Below, in pieces: positions 1-12,012 of a DNA stretch of 64,000 bases. The first letter of the stretch is position 1. The number at the start of each line of letters is the position of its first letter. The translations under genes and the position numbers were made by a program. The notes under the pieces are model-generated. The model was not told the DNA's origin. It made no database searches and was given only the letters and a program-made list of their open reading frames with translations. The stretch lies in NCBI GenBank assembly GCA_964016885.1, contig OZ024750.1:4464001-4528000 (forward strand). The letters are read 5' to 3'. This stretch comes from Eledone cirrhosa. Taxonomy: Eukaryota.

Positions 1-2694
1 ACCTGCATAGGTGTGAGCTGTAACATACATACATACAAAATGCTCTATAAACGCCGTATGTTAATATGGCGTCCCTACGATTCTTTCAGGAGTTACGGGA
101 CCATCCATCCAACCATAGCATTGTTACTGTTGATATTATTTTTGTTATTAATGTTGTTGTTATTAGAAAATATATATATTTTTTGTCATTGTTATTCTGT
201 AAGAAACTAATACAGTTGACATCATTGTTGTTGTGGTTGTTGTTGTTGTTATTGCTGGATATTTTGTTGTTTCGTTTTGCTCTTGTTGTTTGTTATCACT
301 CGTAAATAGATTTTCCTGTGTGTTTCCATTTGTTTTAAATCATTGTTTTCCCCTATAAACTTGCTGCATCATATAAACAGGAAACACGCTTTGAACTTCT
401 CTCTCGGCACTACTCTCCTTAGTAGAATGCAATGTAAGTTAGTTAACAAGAACGTCAGACGGGAAACAGAACCAGATAAGCGGAACAGAAGCAGAGACAT
501 TAAAATTTTACATTGCCCTCAACTTCAACGAACCTTATATGAAAGAAGGGGATAGATCGGACTTGAGAGAAACGCTATTAAGTTTAGTTCACAAACAAAT
601 ACCATATATGGAGTCGACCAAAGAAGAGAACAACTGACATATATGATAGATAGTTTTTGTAGTTTAGACTATTTTTCTTTCTTCTTTCTTTGCTGCATTC
701 ATGACACTTCTAGAAGTTTATGATTTCAGAAAAGGAAAAAATTCTTATTGTTTATAGAACATCCAAAGGAGTTTTAAATGTAATTAGAAAATCAGGTTCG
801 GCTGAAATTCCTCCCAACGTTTTTAGTATTTTAGATTAGAAGCGGAAATATATGTCCATACCGCTTGAGTTAATATTTTCTGACTTAGAATACTTTTTGT
901 TAAAACATTTTTCTACGTATTTCCTTTTTACAAATATCATTGAAATTTGCTATCCCCTGATTTTCGCATCGTTAATCAAATGAATAATAGGTTTCTTCTG
1001 GATGGGACGCCAATCTACTGAAGCTAACTTTCCCTCGTGAAAGATCTACCGCTCAGAACTTCTAAGCAACGAATCACTCCACAATTTTAGATGAAACCTC
1101 GTTTTCCCATGCCTGTATGGCGTATTAAAACTGTATCTGATTAAACCAATATCACCATAATGTCTTCATTCATTTTCAATAATCACAGCAGTTATAAATC
1201 TCATATGCCAATAAATTCAAATAATATGTTTATATTCGACGGGGTGCTATTTGCGTAAAAAAGAATTATTGTTTTACATACATTACTTAACATTTCGTGC
1301 ACAGATATTTTCATGAAGGAAAGAATTTTAGAGAAATACATAGTCATTAAATGATCAGGTAAATACAAATGAAACATTCAAATATAAATGCTATTGACAC
1401 TTTAAAAATCGCAGGAAAAGTTACCTTATCTTAACTTTAATAAAGAAAGGAGTGCGGGACTGTGTCCAGAATATATATTTTTACCCCGTTTGTAAAATAA
1501 GTTGGATTACTTTGAATAAATAAAGAATGAATATTACATAATTTATGTTCTAAATTTCATAACTTTTGATTAAGTATAAATAATGTTATTGCTTATTTTA
1601 AGATTCACTTTAAAATTTTCAAATGTCAACACTTCCGGTTAGCGATCGCTTATATAAACATTCATATATTTCCGTCACTAATTTTTTTCTTATATATAAT
1701 ATATATATATTTTTTAATGTATCATGGATTACTTTACTCATTACAGAAGACAGTGTAACGCAGACTTCGTTCAGTTTCTGTGCAATTCCGGTGTTATTTG
1801 TATCATATCTACATGCATATACACTTGCGTATAATATCAATATGCACACTACACATGCCAAGGGTGGTTTTTCTGCTTGTTACTTTAATAAACAAAACAT
1901 ATTTAAGTAATTTAATCTAAACTGTAACAGTATACTGTAAATGTAGAGTGCAACTTATAATTTTCTTTTACTTCATGTCTTCTAGGCTTTGATGGAAATA
2001 ATTTTCTCTTGATCTATACACATTGCATATTCATGAAAGGAATATTGAAACCTTTTACTAAGATTAATACTGGAGAATGTCACGAGTATTTTACAGATAG
2101 TATTTATTTGTTCGAAAGTAATTTTCATTGGAGTTAACCCACATAGATAGACTCACCCAGATATTTTAGAATGTTAAACAAACCACTTCTCAGGTATCAA
2201 TCATATTTTCTATGTTCATTTTTCTCGAACAATTTTATTATATTTTATATATTTACTCATTTATTTTATTAAGTTATTTTGCTGTTGGTTCTGAGAACAT
2301 TTCATATTTGCATTGTAATGGCGGACGAATCCATTAAATGGTTATTTATGAGTGAACGGTCTATTGTAGGTGAAAGTAGATGTATTTACATAAATTGTTA
2401 CTTATGTTAGCAACGGAATTAATAGCAAGTAGAGGAGCTTAGTCAAGTAGAACATTTACTTTGAATTAGATACAAAAACTTAAACTCATAAAGGAGAAGA
2501 TATTGAGGGTTGTCACGTTCAGGAATTCCTTGTAGCACAAGTATTAAAGATATTACTTCGACGTGAAATTGAAAGAGGGTCTGTAGAATGCTAAACAAAG
2601 CCCCGATGATTTCCTTCGAATGAAACAGTTCTGGTCCTGTAGAACTGTAGAAGCCATTTCTATATTAAATTGGTTATATGTATGTATATATATA

Positions 2695-3297
2695 TCTTTA
2701 GTCGTTTTGGAAGCCTCAACAATGCAGATGGGTAAATCTCCGGGTAACAAGATCCGGTGGTGGAGAGAGAGATGTAAGTGAATGTAGGTTGAGATGTGTA
2801 GCGTGTAGAAGAATGTAGGAAAGAGCGTAAAGGATAAAAATAATAACACGAGATAGAGTTACCTTGGGAGAGATTTAATTGTCCCTATATATTTCAGATA
2901 CACATCCATCAACTGGGGGGGGGGGGTCCGGTGGGGGAGAGGTTGTCTGTCGGAAAGGTGCGAAACGTGTCCTCCGCTGTTCGTTGTTTTGAATAAGAAG
3001 CAGAAGCTATTCAAAACAACGAACAGCGGAGGACACGTTTCGCACCTTTCCGACAGAAGCCCCCCCCCCCCCCCCCAGTTGATGGATGTGAATCCGAAAT
3101 ATATAGGGACAATTAAATCTCTCCCAAGGTAACTCTATCTCGTGTTATTATTTTTATCCTTTACGCTCTTTCCTACATTCTTCTACACACTACACATCTC
3201 AACCTACATTCACTTACATCTCTCTCTCTACCACCGGATCTTGTTACCCGGAGATTTACCCATCTGCATTGTTGAGGCTTCCAAAACGACCTAAAGA
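2695..3297. mobile_element. ~300-bp-arm foldback element between (TA)n tracts (Penelope-like pLTR remnant?)
   Basis: 2695-2995 is the reverse complement of 3008-3297, with a few substitutions, one indel at the G/C run and a 12-nt spacer. (TA)n lies on both sides. A degenerate hammerhead-like motif is at 3073-3108. Confidence 0.7.
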
Positions 3298-3344
3298 AAT
3301 ATACCTTATTATTCCACAATGCTTCAAGCAAACTTCAATACTCT

Positions 3345-3347
<3 letters not shown>

Positions 3348-3392
<45 letters not shown>

Positions 3393-3480
3393 AAATAGAG
3401 TATATCTTGCCATAGAATAATATAAGATTGAATGTAGTCACTAGCCAAACTCATACAACAGAAACGGAAGCAGCACCAAG

Positions 3481-3566
<86 letters not shown>
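3348..3566. repeat. (TA)n and (CA)n microsatellites
   Basis: Direct inspection. Confidence 0.95.
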
Positions 3567-3568
<2 letters not shown>

Positions 3569-4225
3569 GCCACACATTTCGTATGCTACAAGAGCAAAAA
3601 TGTGCCCTGGTTATCGATTAGATGAATGCGCCATTAAAAAACTAATTAAACAAAGCATAGGATGTATCGATATTAACCACAAACACATAGTTATAAATAA
3701 ATAAATAAATAACAAAGAACTAAGCAAAATAACATAAACATCAACACTTATAAAGTAAAGAAAAATGTCAGGGAAGCCTCTCCATGGCTAATATCGCCCA
3801 AGACTAAACAGAGAATATGTGGATCAATATGAAAGCCTATGGTAGTTTAAAAACTCAGAAGTAAAGACGGCAATGAAAGATCTGATTTTAACTGATCGAA
3901 ATTAATGTCTAGCCACAAAAAATACCAAAAAGGGAATAATAAACTAAAAGCTAAACTTAACTATTGACTCTGCAAGCAATCAATACAAAGATAGAAAAGG
4001 TTACATCTTTAGCTATAAACACTGGGGAATATACGAGCACATCTACATGAAAACTGAGAGTAAATAGTATAAGCATGCAACATAGCATTAACGTTTCGGA
4101 CAATACCTCTTCCTCGCACAGAGGAATGTAATAACTATTGTATTGTAATAACTATTCTATATAGCTAGTAACAAAAAAGATAGGACCCACTATTAATAAG
4201 TAGTAAGTTGAGTTTTATTAATTCT

Positions 4226-4400
4226 TTCGGTAGAGGGTCAGACGTCATGCTTTGCAGCATAGAGTTACGGCTCTTTATGATCTGAGTTCAAATCTTACCA
4301 AGGTTAACTTTGCCTTTAATCCTTACGGGGTAGATAAAATAAAGTACCAGTAATACACTGGGGTAATTGCTGGCTTTGTGCCAAAAGTAGAAACAGTTAA
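4226..4400 (+). mobile_element. SINE family 1 (tRNA-derived, OR/Nin-domain-like), short-tail form
   Basis: Box B GAGTTCAAATC, core GCCTTT.ATCCTTACGGGG..GATAAAATAAAGTACCAG, tail GCTGGC.TTGTGCCAAAAGTAGAAAC. Confidence 0.85.
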
Positions 4401-4611
4401 TTATTTAAAAGTATAAAACAACCCTATGATTGTCATATAAAATATTAAAGTCATTTCTTTAATACTGAATATTTTCATAATGAACTGTCCACTAGTAAAG
4501 TTGGTATGATTTGCTTGAATTAACAAACCCACTTCCAGATATTACCAGGATATTAAGAGTTAAATATCTGAATATTTAATTCATACAAATACAATATCAT
4601 GCACACACATA

Positions 4612-4639
4612 GACACGTATATATGTATGTATGTGTGTA

Positions 4640-4724
<85 letters not shown>

Positions 4725-4776
4725 GTATATATATATATATATATATACACGTATATATATATATATATATATACAC

Positions 4777-4828
<52 letters not shown>

Positions 4829-4880
4829 ACACACATACATATATATATATATATATGTGTGTGTGTGCGTGTGTATGTGT
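4612..4880. repeat. (TA)n with periodic CACG interruptions, then (TG)n
   Basis: ACACGTATATA... unit recurs about 5 times. Confidence 0.9.
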
Positions 4881-5070
4881 TTGAGTGTGCAGGCATTTGC
4901 ACAAAGAGGTAGTTTTATTTATATTTTTACTACCTGAATTAAAAAAGATATAAAGTTTACGTTTCATATGACAGATTATTACCGTGTCTCCGTTTCCCGC
5001 CATTTGTAGGAATTTCTTTCATTCTTTCTTTCATTCTTTCTTTCTTCTTTTTATATGCTTAACATTTTTC

Positions 5071-5250
5071 ATTGGCAGTATCGGTAGAGGGTCGGACGTT
5101 ATGCTTTCCAGCATAGTTACGTCCCTTTACGATCTGAGTTCAAATCCCGCCGAGGTTGACTTTGCCTTTCATCCTTACGGGGTCGATAAAATAAAGTACC
5201 AGTAATGCACTGGGTAATTGCTGGCCTTGTGCCTAAAGTAGAAACAATTA
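5071..5250 (+). mobile_element. SINE family 1, near full length
   Basis: Box A-like TGGCAGTATCGG, box B GAGTTCAAATCCC, Nin/Deu-like core and tail; nearly identical to 54159-54343. Confidence 0.9.
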
Positions 5251-5691
5251 TTGCTATTGCTATTATTTTGCATATTTTGTAATTTTTATAACTGTCAATT
5301 TGTTTTGTTCATTTTTTTCCCTTTTAAATAAAGTGTAAACGGGCTGAATATATCTAATTTTTCTGCATGTTTATCTATCTACTTCCATCGGAATGTGTGT
5401 GGGAGGTTTTCAATGTTATCAGCAATCGCGTGTGTCACAGAAAGTAAGAAATAATAAGTACCACACACATGTTCAAAGCACAAAGCATAGGTCACATACT
5501 AGAATACAAATAGCTAGTATACCAAAAGCATACAACGTAAATACAAATATGCGTATATATGTAAATATGCATGCACCATAATGTACATATTTACACACAT
5601 GTACATATAATTACATGAGTGTAATGTGTGTGTATATATTCAAATATTCATATATGCTTAAATATATATTCATTTGTTTATAACACTCATA

Positions 5692-5753
<62 letters not shown>

Positions 5754-5756
<3 letters not shown>

Positions 5757-5810
5757 TACTTGGGGAGGGTCATATTTGTGTAATATTGCCAGAATTAATA
5801 ACAGAACACA
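5754..5810 (-). mobile_element. (TA)n-anchored family D terminus
   Basis: TTATACTTGGGGAGGGTCATATTTGTGTAATATTGCCAG is shared with 10300-10368, 18527-18690 and 30895-30920, each next to or near (TA)n. Confidence 0.6.
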
Positions 5811-5823
5811 TATATACATAAAT

Positions 5824-5909
<86 letters not shown>

Positions 5910-6469
5910 ATATATATGTATATAGTGTTTCTGAAGAAGACTGCTTTTCATTGTTCAATATACAAACACATATATACATACAACATATATATTTATATAT
6001 ATTCAATAATAAATATTATGTCACCATTGAATATTTGAAATTAGAAAGGGCAACCAGTAGCAAAACCTTACTTCTAATAATTTCAATGAATGGAAATTTA
6101 TATTGTTAAATATCGAACTTGGCATTTTCTGTTTGATTTTCCGTAATTATCAATACGTGTTGTTAATAATTTAACTATTTTATTTCAACAAGGAAGAATT
6201 ACACGTTATCGATGAGAATTGTTCACCTATGTCTCTAATATTCTCGTTTCATGATCAATTAATGAATTGGTGATAAATTATGGATTCTATTCTCGGAAAT
6301 GTTTTATAATCAATTGCGTCTAGACAAATTCTATGCGCAAACAAATAAAGAATGTACGCATAGGAAAACTTTAAATCAGAAGAAACTGTGCATAGCTTCT
6401 ACAAAAGGTAGTGCCTATCCTGAACACGCCTCTAGATCGATATAATCAAAGATGCTAATAAATATAAAA

Positions 6470-6722
6470 TAATTGTTTCTACTTTAGACACAAGGCCAGC
6501 AATTTTGGTGGAGGGGAAAGTCGATTAAATCGACCCAGTGCGTGACTAGTACTTGATTTTATCGACCCCGTAAGGATGAAAGGCAAAGTTAACCCGCCGC
6601 GGTTAACCTTGCCTTTCATCCTTACGGGTCGATAAAATCAAGTACCAGTCATGCACTGGGTCGATTTAATCGACTTTCCCCTCCACCAAAATTGCTGGCC
6701 TTGTGTCTATATAAGAAACCAA
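6470..6722. mobile_element. Inverted (foldback) duplication of the SINE family 1 3' half, long-tail form
   Basis: 6470-6594 is the reverse complement of 6601-6722; centre AACCCGCCGCGGTTAACC. Confidence 0.85.
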
Positions 6723-6934
6723 TAACTATAGAGTCTAGTGTATATAATTTATATTCAGTGAAGGCCATATTTGATATATAGCATTCGACGGCTTATTGAA
6801 TTTTAAGTTTATACTGTTGTAGAAATTTCATGTGTTATGTTGTGATCTATCCCTTTTTTGAAGAAATGGGTTTATCGATATAATCTAATCAAACATCAAA
6901 CGTAGTCATCTATAATAGAAATCTTACATGGATT

Positions 6935-7208
6935 GATGTCAACTCTTCTTATTAAGAACTGTATTGAAAAATACATATCATTTGGTCATTCCATGTGAGT
7001 ATCTTAATCAACCTTTGAACTTTTCAGTCGGCCATCGTATATTGTGATTCTAGAGCTGTGAAATCTTGTGAGCATTAATTTCAACTCTTCCTATTAATAA
7101 TTGCATTGTTTTTTTCCAGGGATTATGTTGAAAAAATACACTTTATTTGGTCATTTATTTGGTCATTTATTTGGTCAGCCTATGAACTGTTCAGCTGACC
7201 CTCGAATA
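6935..7208 (-). mobile_element. Two tandem fragments of a mariner-like MITE end
   Basis: Reverse complement reads TA.CGAGGGTCAGCTGAA.AGTTCATAGGCTGACCAA...TTTTTCAACATA; related to 27133-27260. Confidence 0.5.
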
Positions 7209-7338
7209 TACCCATTACATTTTGTCTGATGCTCGGTTCATTCGTTTCGTTGCTCAAAAGAAAATCTCAAAAGCATTAACTCATTCGTCCTTGACCCATC
7301 CCCCTATTGTGTTTGGGTAACTAAACGACTGGTGTGTG

Positions 7339-7373
<35 letters not shown>

Positions 7374-7395
7374 CCGTATATATATATATACGGAT

Positions 7396-7472
<77 letters not shown>

Positions 7473-7477
7473 TCAGA

Positions 7478-7672
7478 TAGGATGTGCCAAAAACCAACTT
7501 GGTCATTACTCACCAGAGTACTCGATACTTGGAGTAGTAGAGTGGGTAATATGAAAGGATTCAGGACCCCGACGGCTGAGCTCCGGCCATTTCGACAGCT
7601 AGATCCGAACTAAAGCCTTTAGCTGTCGAAACGGCAGGAACTCAGGTGTCGGGGTCCTGAATCTTTTCATAT
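7478..7672. mobile_element. Family B foldback element in microsatellite
   Basis: Arms 7549-7601 and 7620-7672; body ACCAGAGTACTC.ATACTT...GAGTGGGTAAT is shared with five other loci. Confidence 0.75.
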
Positions 7673-8321
7673 ATATGTGTGTGTGTGTGTGTGTGTGGGT
7701 GTGTGTGTATGCATGTATATACGTGGGTATGCGCCTACGTATGTATGTATGCATACATACATGTATGTATGCGAGTATGCGTGTGTATTTTCTTCCCTCG
7801 CGGCATAGAAGTGCACAGTTCAACAACTGCACCTTGTTATTTACTGACAGTAACAGACAGACAGACTGGTAGAGAGATAGACTGACAGACAGTCAGACAG
7901 ACAAACAGATAGACAGACAGACAGATAGACAGATAGACAGACAGATAGACAGATAGAGACAGACAGACAGACAGACAGATAAACAGACAGGCAGAGATAG
8001 AGAGACAGACAGAGATAGATAGGCACATATTTGTCATGTATTCATAGTCAAAACGCGGGAGAAATAAAGAGTAAAAAAAGAAAGAGAAAGCAGGGTGTGG
8101 GTGGAGTAAGAGAGATTGTGAGGCCGAGCACACGCCACTTGTATACGGCTTTGTCCAGCGAACAAGAGAGCCTCCTTGTATTTTAATCAATAGGTTTCTC
8201 ACCTGATATATAGGAACTGAAGGATTGACATGAGGGAGTGTCATTGCGTGGTTAAATAAGTCAGAAACATCGGATGGAAATACGTATATATATATGTAAC
8301 ATGATATGGGTTGCTTGTATA

Positions 8322-8632
8322 GGCACAAGGCCAGCAATTATCCAGTGTATTACTGGTACTTTATTTTATCGACCCAGCAAGGATGAAAGGCAAAGTTAAC
8401 CTCGGCGGGATTTTAACATAATAATGTTTTGTGATTTATGTACAAAGCCAGCAATTTTGGGGAAGGAAAAAGTCAATTAAGTCGACCCCAGTACGTTACT
8501 GGTACTTTATTTTATCGACCACGTAAGGATGTAAGGCAAAGCTAACCTCGGCGGGATTTGGACTCAGAACGTAAAGGGACGTAACTCTATGCTGCGAAGT
8601 ATGGTGTCCGACGCTCTACCGATACTGCCAAA
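8322..8632 (-). mobile_element. Two SINE family 1 copies (partial short-tail and full long-tail)
   Basis: Reverse complement of the core and tail at 8322-8415 and 8440-8632. Confidence 0.85.
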
Positions 8633-8800
8633 CGACGTCGAGGTACATTAAACAGTATTTGAAATGGAATGTTTTAATAAGAGGAAAATGGAAGAAAGTA
8701 AAGTATAAAATGAGTAGGAGAGACCCTGAGAAAAGGGGGGGCGTGTATAGAAGGGGTGGGAAGAGGAGAGAAGGGTAAGATATATATATATATATATATA

Positions 8801-9089
<289 letters not shown>

Positions 9090-9489
9090 AATAAAGTTAA
9101 GTAAGTGTTGAATGAAAAAGAGGGAGGAAATGAGAGTGGGAGGAAATACATAATGAGAGAGGGTGGGGGAGAAGACTTCCTTTTATGTATATATATAGAC
9201 AGGGTGGGGTGGGGGAGATGAATGAAAAGACAAGGAGTGGAGGGGAGGAGGAGGAGGAGGAGAAAGGCTTTCAAGGTAGATCAACAAGTCTATTATGTGT
9301 GACGAAGCAGAAATAACTGTGTGCGCGCACGCGTACGGCTGTGCCTGTGCGTGTGTATGTGAGAGTGTGTGCGTGTGCATGAGAGAGTGTGTACGTCTGA
9401 GAGTGTGAATGTGTGTGTGTGAGAGTGAGAGTGTATGAGTGTGAGAGTGAGTGCGGGTGCGTGTGTGCACGCAAGCGTTGAAATAGCTC

Positions 9490-9542
<53 letters not shown>

Positions 9543-9587
9543 ATAAGGAAAAGCGAAGTAATTTCAGATGTTCAAGTCCTTTAATAA

Positions 9588-9756
9588 TAATTGTTTCTAC
9601 TTTTGGCACAAGGCCAGCAATTACCCAGTACATTACTGGTACTTTATTTTATCGACCTCTGTATGGATGAAAGGCAAAGTTAACCTCGGCGGGATTTGAA
9701 CTCAGATCGTAAAGGGACGTAACTATGCTGGAAAACATATCCGACCCTCTACCGAT
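9588..9756 (-). mobile_element. SINE family 1
   Basis: Reverse-complement core, box B and tail. Confidence 0.85.
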
Positions 9757-9765
9757 AATAATAAT

Positions 9766-9839
9766 GCTGTGGTATATATTTCAATGGCGACAGTGGCCAC
9801 ACTGTTCCGTGCGCCAGTGTCGCGACATCGTCAGACAGC
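9766..9839 (-). ncRNA. Type I hammerhead ribozyme with long stem II and a mutated cleavage triplet (probably inactive)
   Basis: Minus strand: GCTGT CTGACGA TGTCGCGACACTGGCGCAC-GGAACA-GTGTGGCCACTGTCGCCATT GAAA TATATA CC ACAGC. Stem I is GCTGT/ACAGC; the U16.1 position is C. Confidence 0.65.
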
Positions 9840-10169
9840 TTGTTACATAATACGGTTATGTTTCCGAGGCAATCCAAATTGAATCGACATGGGAGCGGAC
9901 GAAGTATGTGCTCTCGGGTTCTTCGTCCGTTCCCTTGTGAGTACCAATTCACCCCTACCGGTCTGCGCAGGCGCAGATTCGAAGGAAGTTGTCCATTAGC
10001 TATCGCAGAGTTCAACGAAATTCGCCTAGGCAGTTCCCCCTTTCCACCAAACAATGACCTATTCAGGCCTGTAATATATAGCTTACTGCTAGCCACCCCG
10101 TCAGTGGCAGTCAGCCAAAAGCGAGTGGGGTTGGGAGAGTGTGATTATCAATACCACCCCACATTAAGC

Positions 10170-10368
10170 ATGGACAGTAGAATTGACCATCAACCTCAAG
10201 ATATATACCGTCGGTCAGTCAATGGCAACATTGAGGACCGAATAAATTAGATTACCGATATAAAAGACACAGAAGCGAAAAGCGAAAACCAACCAAACAG
10301 TGAGTGTGTTCTGTTATTAATTCTGGCAATATTATTACACAAATATGACCCTCCCCAAGTATAACAAT
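10170..10368 (+). mobile_element. Family D element (3' end near (TA)n)
   Basis: Reverse-complement homology to 18527-18690 and 5754-5810. Confidence 0.6.
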
Positions 10369-10411
10369 ATTTGTTCCGACACACGATTTCATATCAAAAA
10401 CTTCGCAAAAC

Positions 10412-10446
<35 letters not shown>

Positions 10447-10575
10447 GGAAAGTTATATTTAAATTGTTGGGTTACAACTAGTAAATATTTATAACTGATA
10501 TAAAAGCACTCGACAAATATTTGGAGTATATTTACAATATTAAATAAATGGAAACTATATTTATAAAACCATATT

Positions 10576-10641
10576 TATTTCATTATATATATTTCAGGGA
10601 TATCATATTAACAATATGCTATGCCTTCCTCAGACAAAATA
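10576..10641 (-). ncRNA. Minimal type I hammerhead ribozyme (mirror copy in the left arm)
   Basis: Reverse complement of 10805-10870. Confidence 0.72.
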
Positions 10642-10804
10642 CAATATAAACAGTTTTATAGATAAATAGATTCGACATACCGTAACAACATCTACTTGCA
10701 TTTGAGAAGGTTGATTTGGTAGACTACCAAATAAACCTTCTCAAATGCAAGTAGATGTTGTTACGGTATGTCGAATCTATTTATCTATAAAACTGTTTAT
10801 ATTG

Positions 10805-10870
10805 TATTTTGTCTGAGGAAGGCATAGCATATTGTTAATATGATATCCCTGAAATATATATAATGAAATA
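10805..10870 (+). ncRNA. Minimal type I hammerhead ribozyme
   Basis: TATTTTGT CTGAGGA AGGCATAGCATATT-GTT-AATATGATATCCCT GAAA TATATA TA ATGAAATA; predicted cut after 10862. Confidence 0.75.
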
Positions 10871-10921
10871 AATATGGTTTTATAAATATAGTTTCCATTT
10901 ATTTAATATTGTATATTTATA

Positions 10922-10955
<34 letters not shown>

Positions 10956-11004
10956 CATACATATATATGTATATATATTATATAATATTACACACGCCGA
11001 TGTT

Positions 11005-11097
11005 GTCTTTGCCTTTCATCCTTACGGGGTCGATAAAATAAAGTACCAGTAATGCACTGGGTAATTGCTGGCCTTGTGCCTAAAGTAGAAACAATTA
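11005..11097 (+). mobile_element. SINE family 1, 5'-truncated
   Basis: Core plus short tail, followed by (CA)n(TA)n. Confidence 0.85.
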
Positions 11098-11101
11098 TAT
11101 T

Positions 11102-11161
<60 letters not shown>

Positions 11162-11765
11162 ACGTAACTTCAATAGATTAGTAATTGCTTTTGGTTCTGT
11201 TCGCTTAAAACTATGTGATTGTATATTAGTGTCTCCCACCGAGTCTGTTGAGTGGTTGTCAGTCATGGTACTTACAAGAGCAACAGTCCTTATGAAAGGG
11301 TTAACCCTTTTGATAACAAACCACCTGCAACTTTCTCTGGTAATACTGCACAAAGCTGTTTTAAAGTAGCTTATATTTATTTAAAAATCTTCCAGCACAT
11401 TTTTATGTAAGGACCTTTATAATCCAAATACCAGCTTGATAAGGAAACAAGTTAGTTACATTGCTATCATAAATCTTTCCTAGCTGTCGAGACCTCAGGC
11501 GTCCTTGGACCTAGTACTGCGCCCCACCTCTACACACGCCTCCCCTTAAGCAAGTGTTTCGGCTCTTAACTTCTGAAACAGTTCTGAAAGTTCTGTTGTC
11601 GAAATTGTTGACAATGAAAAACAAACGTAATGAAGGGATAACAAATCGTCCTTGTATTATACGAGATTGTCGTTCAGCGAGAAGTGGACTACAAGTATAG
11701 AATGAATCATATTTAACTGGGTGATGTCTAAAAACATCTGACTGATAAAATGACATGTCAGTCAA

Positions 11766-12012
11766 TCATATTGATGGCCTCCCCACAGCCCCGGCGGACA
11801 GAATGGAGAAGGCGTTTCCCCGGCGGACGGCAAGGGAGACGCGCTGGAAAAGCCACTCCAGCTCGCGGGGCTCAAACCTGCGGCTGGCCAGCTCAGCACC
11901 TATGGTAGTGAGTAGGGGGGGGGGGTTAGCCCTAGGGCCGAGGAAGGACACCAGAAGTCTCCACTGCCAAGGGTGCAACCGCAAACCTGTCGGAGAGCGA
12001 CCGGTATTTATG
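11766..12012 (-). mobile_element. CRE-clade non-LTR retrotransposon, C-terminal restriction-like endonuclease fragment (frameshifted)
   Basis: Minus strand HKYRSLSDRFAVAPLAVETSGVL / LGPRA...IGAELASRRFEPRELEWLFQRVSLAVRRGNAFSIL* matches the CRE C-terminal pattern KY..L...F.P.AVET.G..G...L.QR.S.A.QRGNA..IL; the 3' UTR may extend to ~11370. Confidence 0.75.

Larger units (their letters stand above)
10533..10913. mobile_element. 190-bp-arm foldback element with a hammerhead in each arm
   Basis: 10533-10722 vs 10724-10913, 1-nt spacer, near perfect; flanked by (TA)n; shares its terminus with 55573-55680. Confidence 0.85.

Noticed and set aside
4085-4125. Hammerhead-like GAGGAAGA...CCGAAACGTTA on the minus strand
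   Set aside because: The core lacks CTGA and the stems are poor; possibly an old relic but not supportable.
8155-8225. Possible Penelope GIY-YIG C-terminal remnant on the minus strand (FLYIR*EKP...IQGGSL)
   Set aside because: It needs frameshifts and is too short to distinguish from chance without a profile search.
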